Shown piece by piece: positions 13,082 through 25,669 of a DNA stretch of 64,000 nucleotides. Positions within the stretch are counted from its first letter, which is position 1, and each line of letters begins with the position of its first letter. The stretch lies in assembly GCA_964035545.1 (NCBI GenBank), contig OZ037766.1, positions 28,813,673-28,877,672 of the forward strand, written 5' to 3'. The notes under the pieces are model-generated. The model was not told where the DNA came from. It searched no databases and was given only the letters and a program-made list of their open reading frames with translations. The translations under genes were made by a program, and so were the position numbers. The DNA comes from Bugula neritina. Lineage: Eukaryota > Animalia > Bryozoa.

Positions 13082-13749
13082 ATGCATGTTCCAGTAGTAA
13101 CTTTGGTCACACTCTGTTCTCTGATTGGATACTCAGCTGGTGTTGGAAGTTATGATGTAGAGGCTGTTAGAGAGTTGCTGGCAGAGCTAAAAGAAGAACT
13201 AAAAGAACTGACTGTTACTCTAAGACAACAGAATGAAACACATCAGCAACAAAATACAGTTCTGCAGCAACAGGTTGAAGCTTTACAGCTGAAAGATAAA
13301 GCTGTACTGCAAAAATTAGAGATTCAACAGAAAACTAATGAAGAACTGCAAGCAACAGTTTACTCCTTACTCAAAGCTGTAAGAATTAGAAATATATCAG
13401 CTATAATATTATATATGTAGTTTCTTTCTGTGGTGCATGGAACTTTGCTAAAATACATGCAACTTTAAACGTAGCAAAGAAAAATATTTTTACACATATT
13501 CATTAGCTGTTGGTTCAAATTAAATTCAAAAGCTTTAAAGCTACTGCTGTTTGAGTTTGCTACATATGAAGAGTTGCATACAATAATTTAATTATTGAAT
13601 GTTTGAGACTTGTTAACTGTGCTGGTAGGTTACTCAGTTCAATTAATTTATATTTAAGTTGCTCACTGGGGAATTGCCTAAAGCAGAAAACTTTGGAGAG
13701 ACAGATAAGGGAAAGTTCTCGAGTTTGCTGGAACAGATCTGCATTTTTG
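13082..13749 (+). pseudogene. Truncated collagen paralog, copy C (exon 1 13082-13378 and exon 2 13659-13749 only)
   Basis: Exons 1-2 are homologous to the other copies. Intron 2 runs into the LTR element at 14394, and no exon 3-7 sequence occurs before the next promoter (~25500). Confidence 0.8.
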
Positions 13750-14124
13750 GTGAGCAGTTAACTTGAATTACAAATATAACATAATTCTAACTATGCACTT
13801 TAAAATAACCAAGTTCTAAAAATAGCTACACCTTAAATTGCTTTTTCTGTAGAAAATATGTTTTCCATTGTCGTCATGATACGCTGTAAGCTGACGGATG
13901 TTATGAATTACAATTAAATGTACACCTCTATAGCGTAAGATAAAAAAAGATAACAATCAGAAGGTTTAATGAGTGTTAAAGTAACTACTACTGCAGTATA
14001 GTAGTTACTTTAACAGCAGTAGTAGTAGTGGTAACACTAGTATAGTAGTGATGGTAGTGACGATAGTGGTAGCAGTCACCGACACTCATTAAACAACCTG
14101 CTTGTTATCTTTTTTATTTACATG

Positions 14125-14393
14125 CTATCACTACCACCACTACTACTACTACCATCACTAATAATGCTACTACTGCTACTACTACTATATACTACCACTA
14201 CTGCTACTGCTACTGCTACTACTACTGCTACTACTACTATTGCCACTACTACTACTGCTACTACTAGTACTGCTACTACTACTACTACTGCTACTACTAC
14301 TACTGCTACTACTAGTACTGCTATTGCTACTACTACTATTACTACTACTGCTACTGCTACTACTGCTACTACTAGTACTGCTACTGCTACTAC
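14125..14393. repeat. (ACT/GCT)n microsatellite, intron 2 of copy C, abutting the 5' LTR
   Basis: Read directly from the sequence. Confidence 0.9.
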
Positions 14394-17044
14394 TGTAAGA
14401 TGATCTGATGTTGACAAGCTACAAGCTAGCAAGTACTAAAGCTACTGACAAGTGATAGCCGAAGGAAAGCCAACAAGGAACACTCTGGAGCTAGAGCTTA
14501 GCCTGGTAGGTTAACACTACATGGCGCAGTCGGCAGGATATTGAGGAGACAAGAGTTACAAAAGAGAGAAGTGTGTTGTTTGGAGTTCACTAGACTTCAG
14601 AGGTTTATATTTGGAAAAAAGAGTTGAGAAAGGTGGTGAGTGTTGACTTTTGAGCAATTTATAAAGAATACTAATAGATTCAGAATAAGAGTGACTGCGA
14701 AAGGAACTGAGAATTAAACTTTGAGAGACACGGATGCCCAGAGATTGAAACTGAGAGTACAGTGCATAATCACGAGATAGCTGCTTAAAATTAAATTGTT
14801 TTATTTACTCTATTAAAACTGCTCAAGTGTAGTATGGCTCATTAAGACATCAAATTAGACCTTAATGCTTTTCCTAAATTAAAGTTGGATGAAAGCAACA
14901 TAACCAAATCTTGGAACTCATGGCTCATTCAATTTAAATTGATTATAGAAGTTACTTCCCTTAATGCAGGGTTTGAAGTAGTAGGGGATGAACAGGTTAG
15001 CAGATTTAGAGGTAGGAGAAAGCTTTTAGCTCTGTTAGGAGCTGTAGGATCAGAAGGTCTTGATACTTTACAGTCATTAGGTTTTGATTTGAATAATAAC
15101 TCTGATGATGGATATGAGTTAGCCTTAGACTTACTGCAATCTCACTATGATAGAGATGATACATTTTATGTGAAAACCATGAAGTTTGTCACTGTGACCC
15201 AAGCTTGTGGAGAAAACGAAATTGATTATTTGCTAAGAGTTGAGAAGCTAAGTAGAGCAATAAACTTTGGCAATAATGATGATGTTAGAATGGGATTTGC
15301 AGTTGCACTAGCAGTTAATGGTCTAAGAAATGCAGGATTACGTAGACATTTGTTGCAGCATGCTAACCTAAGCTGGGAACAGCTGAAAAGAAAAAGTCGT
15401 GCTGCACATTTAAGTAAACTTACTGAGGATGCTTTAAATGCAATAAACAATGAATGCATAGATGAACAGTCAATTGGTAGACTCACATATTCTTACCAAG
15501 CTAATGGTAACTCAGAACATTGTAAGAAAAGAGATAAAGTCCTACATAGATCTAATTATGATAAGATAACTTCTATCAATAGAGACAACTCTTTTTCAAA
15601 GAAAAAGGAGGCATGTAATTCATATCAACATTGTAGTTATAAATCGCAAAATGCTTACAAAAGTCATGGTAGATGCTTTAGATGTGACCGTACAGGACAT
15701 TATGTGAGAAACTGCCCTAAAACCCGTTGCTACATGTGCAAGGAATTCGGCCACATTGCTCAAGATTGTTCTGATAACGAAAGATACCATCACAAAAAGA
15801 GATATGTGGAACAAAGAGAAAACAGGATCGGAGTTATGGACTCCTTAAAATCAGTGAAGTTTTCTAAAAAGAGTGATGTGACTTATAATCACAATGTCAG
15901 TCCTAAAATAACAAGGACTTTACTAGTTAGTGGTAGGCGTGTAGAATTCTTGCTAGATACTGGGTCTGAGGTTTCTACACTTACTGAGGCGACTGCAGAA
16001 AAGTTGAACATTAAATTAAAGGAACCAGATAAGCATATTACAGGTGTTGATAAGTCTTTGGTGAATGTGCTAGGCAGAGCTAAGGTTTGCATTGGCGACT
16101 TCAACAGATTTGTGGATACCAAGATTTATGTATTGGCAAACTCTACTGAAAATTTGCTTGGTATAGCTGATATTACTAGGTTAAAATTGCTGGATCTGCA
16201 ATGTTGATATAAAATGATACATGTGTGTTGTAGATATGGAAAAGTGTATTGATGTTCACTGTAATGATATAAACACATTATTGCAGTGGAATACTATTGA
16301 ATGACAGGCAGAAGCAGTTACCAACAATGTTGTCTGCTCCCGTGAGTTTAACTCATGGAAGACTCTGTAAGCCGACGAGAGAAGTCAGTTGTGACCCTCG
16401 CTGTTGCTTCACGGGGTGTGAGCCGAGTGTAGTCTATATGCAGACCCTCGACATCTCACTTTCAGATAATATGATAAATGTGAGGTTTGACCTCAGTACT
16501 GACATGACATCATCAACATTGCCACTAATGTTGTCTGCTCCTGTGAGTTCCTTAGTTTAACTCATAGAAGACTCTGCAAGCTAGCAAGAGAAGTCAGCCT
16601 TGACCCTTGCTGCTACTTCACTTGCAGATACTATGATAAATGTCAAATTTGGCATTGTTCTTCCCAACAGTGCTAGCATTGCGAGGAGGTGGGATTCGAC
16701 ATCTAGGACTGAGCCACTTTGAACCACTTCATAATAAGTTTAAGTATTCAAGGGCATTAGTTGAAAGCTAGTTTTGTTTGAATTGATTGCACTTCTCTTT
16801 TAAAAGAAAAGGGCATGTGGAATTATTAGCATCATGATGATGATAATATAGATATGTGTTCTGGTATTCTGAAAATGTGCTCTTGTGCCCTGCTTCTCTT
16901 TTGTAAGGAGGGAGCATGTAAGATGATCTGATGTTGACAAGCTACAAGCTAGCAAGTACTAAAGCTACTGACAAGTGATAGCCGAAGGAAAGCCAACAAG
17001 GAACACTCTGGAGCTAGAGCTTAGCCTGGTAGGTTAACACTACA
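14394..17044 (+). mobile_element. Non-autonomous Ty3/Gypsy (Mag-like) LTR retroelement, 2651 bp, gag + protease only
   Basis: Identical 128-bp TG...CA LTRs (14394-14521, 16917-17044); PBS TGGCGCAGTCGGCAGGAT (14522-14539) complementary to a tRNA-Ser 3' end; purine tract AAGGAGGGAG just before the 3' LTR; no RT/RNase H/integrase motifs seen. Confidence 0.92.
14834..16207 (+). CDS. Retroelement Gag (two CCHC zinc knuckles) fused to aspartic protease; in-frame TAA at codon 4
   Basis: CFRCDRTGHYVRNC and CYMCKEFGHIAQDC knuckles, FLLDTGSEVS active site, C-terminal NLLG. ATG at 14834 is in frame with ORF 14885-16207 but followed by TAA at 14843-14845. Confidence 0.85.
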
Positions 17045-17969
17045 GTTATGAATGCTTTACAGTTTTAAAAAGTTTAAATTTTTTTTAAATATACTTTACT
17101 CTTGGAAATATTGTGAATTTGAGTTGGTATGTTGTTAGAAAAAACATTTAAATTTGAATTTGAATTTAATAACTAAAATAAGAATTACAACTATGCTGAA
17201 AAGATTTTTATATTATTTAATTAATGTTGTGTATGTATTTTATAGTTTCCATTATATAAAGTTAGATTTTGCTGCTTTCCTTTTGTTGAATGTAAAAACG
17301 TTTGGTTTGTGCATAATTTAGAATAAGCGGTAGCCTACTTGTTTAAATGTAGTAGCGTATAGTACTAATATAATATGGAATGTTAGAATGTTCGTAGAAT
17401 GTGGAAACAACTCCTTGTTATAAATTGCGTATCAGAGACATAAAAAGGGTTCAAAGTTGGCTGTTTGAATGTGCCATCTTAGTAGAGGGGGGGGGGGGGT
17501 GAAAAGGTGCTAGGATGAAAAGCTAAGCTGGTGGAGCACGTGAATACTAACCTTTGTTGCTAACGAAGCCAACATTCTGCTGGTTTCAAATATGCAAGTA
17601 ACTTTTATTTCTGGGGAAGGGGAGATGCCGGTTTTTGCTCTAAAGTGATAGATAGCAATTCGATAAACTTTGTAAAATAATTGTTTATGAAAATTCTCAA
17701 AAGTAGAGCTGGAAGCATTTTCATGGTAATTTGTTAAAATTGAGCAACGTTGAGTGGCAGTGGAGTATAAATCTTATCAATGATTTGGTGTGCTGGCTGT
17801 CACTTTGTTTGGTTAAAAGGATTGTCAAATTATACTCTATAGTCCAGAGTTACGATCTCATGTGAGTGTGGGTAAATGTGTCGTGACTCTTCCTAATTGA
17901 TACGAGTTTATAGCTGAAGCTGGTTAGGTATTTTTGTAATGTTTTATCTGTGTTAGCATGTTTCATCCA

Positions 17970-18001
<32 letters not shown>

Positions 18002-18447
18002 ACGCAAACGCACATACTAACACACGCACACTAACACACGCACACTAACACACGCACTCATGTACACACACACTCACACTTACACACACATTCACGTACA
18101 CACTTATGCACACATGCACACACACACACACACTTTAACACACACACGCACTTTAACACACACACACACGCACACACACACCCACGTACGCACGCACGCA
18201 TACACACACGCACTCACACACACACTCACACACACACACTTTAACACACACACGCACGCACTCACACACGCACGCACTCACGCACGCACTCACACACACA
18301 CACACTCACGCACATACTTATGCACACATGCACACACACACACACGTACATGCAAATGTACATACTAACACATGCACACTAACACACGCACACATGTACA
18401 CACGCACTCACACTTACACACACTCACGCAAACACTTATGCACACAT

Positions 18448-18481
<34 letters not shown>

Positions 18482-19158
18482 TAACACACACAGGCACACA
18501 CGCACGCACACACACACACGCACTCACACACACACACACACTTTAACACACACACACGCATGCACGCACTCACACATGCATACACACTCACAAACACATA
18601 CACACTCACACACACTCACACACACACACACACTTTAACACACACACACGCATGCACGCACTCACACATGCATACACACTCACAAACACATACACACTCA
18701 CACACACTCACACACACACACTCACAGTTGCACACACACTCACGTACACACTTATGCACACATGCACACACACACACACACACTTTAACACACACACTTT
18801 AACACACACACACACGCACACACACACACTCACATACGCACGCACACACACACGCACTCACACACACACTTATGCACACATGCACACACACACACACACT
18901 TTAACACACACACGCACGCACACATACACACTCACGTACGCACGCACGCACTCACGCACGCACCCACACACGCACACACACACTCACACACACACTCACA
19001 TACACACACACGCTTTAACACACACGCACGCACGCACTCACACACACACTCACACACACACACTCACGCACACACTTATGCACACATGCACTCACACACA
19101 CACACTTTAACACACACACACACGCACGTACGCACTCACACACTCACACACACACACA

Positions 19159-19244
<86 letters not shown>

Positions 19245-19331
19245 ACGCATACACACTCACACACACTCACACACACACACACACACTCACACACTCACAC
19301 ACTCACACACTCACACACTCACACACACACA
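17970..19331. repeat. Complex (CA)n-based repeat, ~1.36 kb
   Basis: CA runs punctuated by CACG, CACT, TTTAA, TTATG. Confidence 0.95.
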
Positions 19332-21567
19332 ACTAAAACATGCTAATGGAAATAAAATATTAGATATGAATGCCTCTCAAGCTTTGAACTATCAGTTTTA
19401 TTAACTGGGAAGACAGTGCTGGACTACAGTAACTTACACACCTACATGGGCTGATAACTCTTGTCTGTAAAGTTCAACTTGACAATCTTGTCATACAGAA
19501 TAGTTACAGTCTGCACATCAAAATACTGGTAAAATTTATATCATAACTGCTGCTGCAACATTGCTCAATACAAACAAATTATCATAAAATGCCACAGGAT
19601 CTAACTTAAATAATTTACAAAAAACAATTTTTTACAGAATTGATTGAAATACTGATATGTGTGCTACTTTTTAAATGTTTATAATTTTCGGGGCAAATTT
19701 GTTAGCATATTTTCTGCTTTATGTGATGAACAACTTTGATTTTTTGATTAGTTTGCTCCTGATAATTAGTTTGTAGGATGTGGAAGCAACTCCATGTTAT
19801 AAATTCAGTATCCGGGACATGAAAAATATGTACTGCTACCTTTTAAATGCTTCTAGGGTGTAGTCACTGTTTAGTGGTTAGAAAATTGGTGTAACATGAC
19901 ATGTGCTGGCTATATATATATAAAGAGTTCAGCTCCCCTCCCTCCCGCAAGACCAGTGAGACAATGCCAAGAATTTAGTATCTGGTCATTTTTGCTCCTG
20001 TGTTCTGCTATAGATTATTTCAAACCAGGTTATATTAGCAGGGAGAAACCTATTAAGTTAATTTCTCACTTGCAAACTTGACTTTTTAAAATGCATTCTC
20101 ACAATAGCCTTCATTTAAAGCAAACTGTGGGTTAAAAGTTCAGCTTTGATTTGATAAATTTCAGTTTTAAAAGTATCTTTTTAAGATATATTCAGCCTAG
20201 CTTTTACATGCAGCTAGAGTTGTTGATTGTATTTTGTAAATTGTTATTTACCTTGTCATCTGCAGGTTATTTTCTTAAAGAAAAACTTTTAAATTTTAAT
20301 TCTATTTAATTTTTTAAACAATTAAAGTTTACTGAAATCAAACATTAATACACTAAAGCTAAATATAGATCACATTTAAGAGCATTTAGTTATGCATGTG
20401 TAGAACTTTATAGCAATTGGTATAGATATATATACTACATTGAGTTTAATTGCAATAAATTATATCTGCACTGTAAGAATTGGTATTGTGTTGGCAAGAA
20501 TGATTATCAGTTTAAAGTAACCTGAAAATTATTGCAAGAATAATTGATATTAGCTTGTTATGCAAAAATTGGTATTGGTAATGCATCAATAAAAATTTAT
20601 ATTTGAAAAAGTGGTAATAGCATTGAAAAATTGGTATTAGTATTGCAAGAGTTAGTACTTGTAACGCAATAACAAATTGCAAGATTTGATATTAGTATAT
20701 TGCAAGAACAAATATTTATCTTACAAGAATTGGTATTTAATTAAACACACTTGTAGAATTATATCAATAATGTTAGTAGAAAGTAGAACAAGTATAGTAA
20801 GTTATCATATATATTGCTTGCCAGGTAACTCTTTGGCATTTATACTGTTGAGTTATAATGTTGTCCCTTTAAGTAAAACTGCTGAGCGAGTAAACCAAAT
20901 GCATGGTGCATGGTTTCTTATTTCATCGGTCCTCCAGATCCACTTTCAGAGTGGTTTCTTTTAGAGTTTTATCTTGGCATATTTTCTGCATGACGTCATA
21001 TCTTTGCCAAACTATGCATGTCACTGCAAGCGTTTCTTATAGAAACTTATTTATAGTTACTATGGTAACTCTGGACTTAAACTATGCATGTGGGTTTTAA
21101 CGTATACAAGGGCAATATGTGGCTGTTGCAGAGGGTATATCATATAGTTCAACATATTTTTTCAATTTCAAAATCACATTTCATAAGTACTAATTTATTT
21201 ATTTTATTTGCTTTAATTTTTAGCTATAATAAAATTGCTTTGTGTCATAATAATTTCTACATGGTAGTTACTTATAGTAGTAGAAAGCCAACAAAAAAAT
21301 AGTTATTCTTTACTTTTACAGTTTTTGACAATTTTAGCAGCTTGACCAATTTTTTTTTTAATAATAAACTAAACTACTCATAGTAAATACTATAATGGTA
21401 AAGTTATTATATTACATACTAAACCTAAAGAATGCTTTTCATCGCAGCAAGTGCAGATAAATCTTATTTATTTTTGTTTTAAAACATATTATAATTAGAG
21501 TAATAAACACTCACTATTTTTCTCCCCTCTCTTTTACTTTCTCTCTCTTAAAATTTCTATGAATTCT

Positions 21568-21815
<248 letters not shown>

Positions 21816-24800
21816 GTGCAAATTTCTGCTTTGTATTTCTCCTCAAATAGCATAGCTGAACTACCTTATATGACAAACTTCACCATTACATTTAATAGTT
21901 ATGATATGAATCACATTGATTTATGTGCTAGCACAATAATAATATTTACTCACTGATAAAATAAGAATAATATATATTACTTTATAAGAGGTTGTGCTCC
22001 CGCCACTTATACCCTAATAGAAAGGGACAAAATTTCAACAAATCAGATTAAATAATGTATGTAACTGTATTATATAGAGAGATATGGCTTGGCAGTTAGC
22101 ATGCGGCATGCTGCTTTTTGCTTGAACTTTTATTGGACAATTTGTTGATCATAGCTTTTGCATTTCTTCTGCTATACCTACTAGCTAATGACCATATAGA
22201 ATGTTGGTGTATTATTTGGTGTAACCTGTAATAATTCTATCTGTATTATCAAATTTACTCATCAATTTACTGCTCTATTGTATGTTCTATTGCTTATTGT
22301 TGTTGCTAATTATACTTTGTTTTACTTACTATTGTACTTACTATTGCATTTACTGTTATATTGGGTCACTACTGGTTAAGTTTTCACAGTTGTACATCAT
22401 TTGATTATATTTTTGGTGGGCATTAAAAGTCTTCATTATGGTATATTTATTATACATACTTTGGTTTGTGTTATTCAATAAAATGTTTTCTAACATGAGT
22501 TGAAGTTTCTTTATTGGCAGTCCAACACTGCGCCAAACAGCTGAAATTAGTCACAGTTTAGTTGCTGTTTGAATGTCAGCAAACAAAAGGTATTTAGAGC
22601 AAAATAATATAGCAACATAAGGAAAGTCAGAGATCAATAATCCATTCTCACTCAGGGAGAGACAAGCGTCTGTCAGAGTTGACAAAGTATGGCATCTTCA
22701 GTGCTGGTGTCTTGCATATCTGGTCATAAGTCTTTTGACATTGTTTTCTGAGTAGAATGTCTGCTCAGCATGAAAGCTTTGCCTTCATTCAACATGGTAG
22801 TAAGAAAGTGTAGTGGACTGGTTGGGATTTATAATATATGGAAGTCCTTGACATCTTGCTTCAAGAAATATTTAAACTTTGAATATAAGGTCAACGTTTA
22901 ACTAAAATAACTAGTTTGTATTTAGGTTTCAATCAAAAGCTTGTATTTAATGCACCTTTGCATTGAAGGCAACTGAGCTATTGTTTAGGTAAACTTAAAA
23001 TTAACTGAAGTTTATAACATAATAACAATTGCTTTAATATATATACAACTACTGCATATAAAGGTCAACTATATATAAACATTGAAAAACAGCTGAAGAA
23101 TCAAATTGAATAATGCTTTTCTATTATTTCATTCAAACACTGCTTTAAAATGAAATATAGCTATATCATGAGCTAATTTATTGCTGCTGAATTATATGTG
23201 CACACAAGATAAGCATAACTTTGCTATTCTGATATTTAAAGACCATCAACAATATTATGTTGCTATAAGTTAAAGAAAAATTATACAGAGTTTTAACAAG
23301 CTGTGTTATATCTGTCAATTACAATGCAGAAGAGATAGCTTTACGGAGTGACCAAAGCAACATAAGTTCTCTATAGTAAGTATAAATAATTTCCTATATA
23401 ACTGTTTGTTTTATACAGTAAAATGTTGAGAAGAAATTTTATATGATTAATTCTTTAAATCTTAAAACTAAAGACATAATTTTACTAGACATACAGTTTA
23501 TTCAAGGAGCAATTATGACTGGGTGCTTTCCTAACATCACCAGTGGCCTTTACTGGGATTCCAACCCATGTGACTTACTATTTACTAAACCAAGATCTAG
23601 ATCATCTGTAGATCATGGCTGCTGCATAGTTTTTTGCTTATATATATAGTGGAAGTTTGCTATTAATATATTTTCTATAGCTATATATACACATTTATGA
23701 ATATAATATAATATTTAATTTACATTCAGCAGGCAAGGAAATAAACACAGTATACAGGCAACTTCTGATTTTCATAATGATGAATAAAATATATACAGGC
23801 CATCCAGGAATATCAGTTGACTATATAATAATAATATTAGTCCCACATTATGCTATCTCATAATAATGATATGCTAAAACTTCTATGCTAAACAATTCTA
23901 ACAATGTGCCACCATGCTATATCATAAATGAGAAGGAGTATAGAAAATATTCAACTGTATATTTTGCTTAAGCTGAATATACATAGCTAAGAATTTTTAT
24001 TGACTTCCTTAATTTTGACATGGAAAAGATTGAAAGACATCTAAGGCACGTCAACTCATTGGATGAAAACATTTGATATTAGCTAAACAAGATATTTTTT
24101 CAACTTATGTTATTCTCTGTATATCTACCTTTTGGGTTTATAACAGAAGCAACTTTCAAGCTGATGTATGTACATGTTTATAGTGCAAAACCTTAGAGTT
24201 ATTTGAACGTTTACTACTATAATATTGCTATACTAAATGCATGCATATATATGCAAGTATTTTCTGCCATTAACAATGCCAGTTGAGACTATTGGGAAGA
24301 GCTGTTAGCAAAGAGGTGGCAATGAAGTGCAGTATATTTCCATGATAGAGTATTAGAAAACTGGTTAAGTTAGATTATAATATACTATAGAGAAATCCTA
24401 TAGAAGTAAAGCATACCTAAAATTAGTTTATACATGAGTTAATATGAAAAAGAATAAACTATTTCTTTTATTCTGATGATAAACTTGTACTCAGAACTGA
24501 TGATTGAATCAAATAACACTGAATGTGACTGAATACTGATGATTATTAGTTATTCTATGAGCTGATACATCAGGAAGTTAAGTTCTCTTTTCCAAAATAT
24601 TTGTAGGAACTTCGTCCTTAGACATAAATTGAAGGCAGAGTATAAAACATTGCATAAAAGTGTTTTCAACACTGAGAGGTGTTTTGCTACAATTAAACTT
24701 TGAGTATAACGTACAGATTACTATGGTACACAGTCTAATGTTGAAGATGATAGCTATAGGATTAATGAAGATCCTCAAAATCAAAAAAAGGACACACTAT

Positions 24801-24874
24801 CTTCAGTTGCAAAAGTTATAAGTAATTAATATTTGCAATGATGGTCTATTATGCAATATAGCTATAGTTTAGAC

Positions 24875-25181
24875 CAGGGCTGTCCAACCTTTTCAGAGAA
24901 ACGTTTACTCAAATGGAATATTCCGGTGGTGAGGGCCAAATTGTAAAATTTAGCTTGTTGAGCTGGAGAGGGGCATGGTATTAGTATATTTAAATTACTT
25001 TCTTCCAATCTTCTAAGAATCATGATGTCAATGAAGTCCCAATTACTGCATGCTGCATGTTTTGTAGCATTTATATTACTATAACATTTTATTTGTTAAA
25101 TATCAGGTCTTTGAGGGCCACATAAATGTAGGCTGGGAGCCACATGAGGCCCTGCATGAGGCCGCCTGCTGGACAGCTCTG
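24875..25181. mobile_element. hAT/Charlie-like MITE upstream of copy D
   Basis: CAGGGCTGTCCA / TGGACAGCTCTG TIRs; flanks GTTTAGAC/TACTAGAC. Confidence 0.75.
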
Positions 25182-25669
25182 TACTAGACTAATGATAATT
25201 GTTGCAAACTCAATCAGCCAATAACTTGTTAGCAGTCAATAAGCTAACAAAACTTCGATGGAGTGCTGCAATGCTAAAATATAATTTAGCCTTTAAATTT
25301 GATAAAAATAAAAAAATATACCTATTAGTTTGCAAAAGTTAAAACAGCACAAAAAATAGTGACAATAAGAAGTATTGTATATACTAATGTAACAGATGAA
25401 GATTTATTCTAACTTTATCAACAAACTGAATAGAAGAGAGAGAGATTGATTACACATGGACTATAGCTGCAGGTCACAGCCAATGGATGTGACTAAATCA
25501 TTGGCTCCTTGTGAATATAAAAGTTGTACCAATTCTTTTCATAGTCATAATAGGGTTGACATCAGTTGATCGATGTCATGAAAGAAAACTCAAAGAATAA
25601 AATATAAAGTTTCAAAGTGTTCATAATTGTGCTTTGATTTCATAAAGGTTTTACTGACAAAACACAAAG

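Noticed and set aside
18060-19346. His/Thr-rich ORFs (also 54654-54923)
   Set aside because: Translations of (CA)n arrays, open in several frames because the repeat lacks stops.
24497-24570. Resemblance of the spacer module to 5' 18S rRNA (ATTAAATCAG...TTCTA.GAGCT.ATACAT)
   Set aside because: Only two short AT-rich words match; no extended similarity to rRNA on either side.
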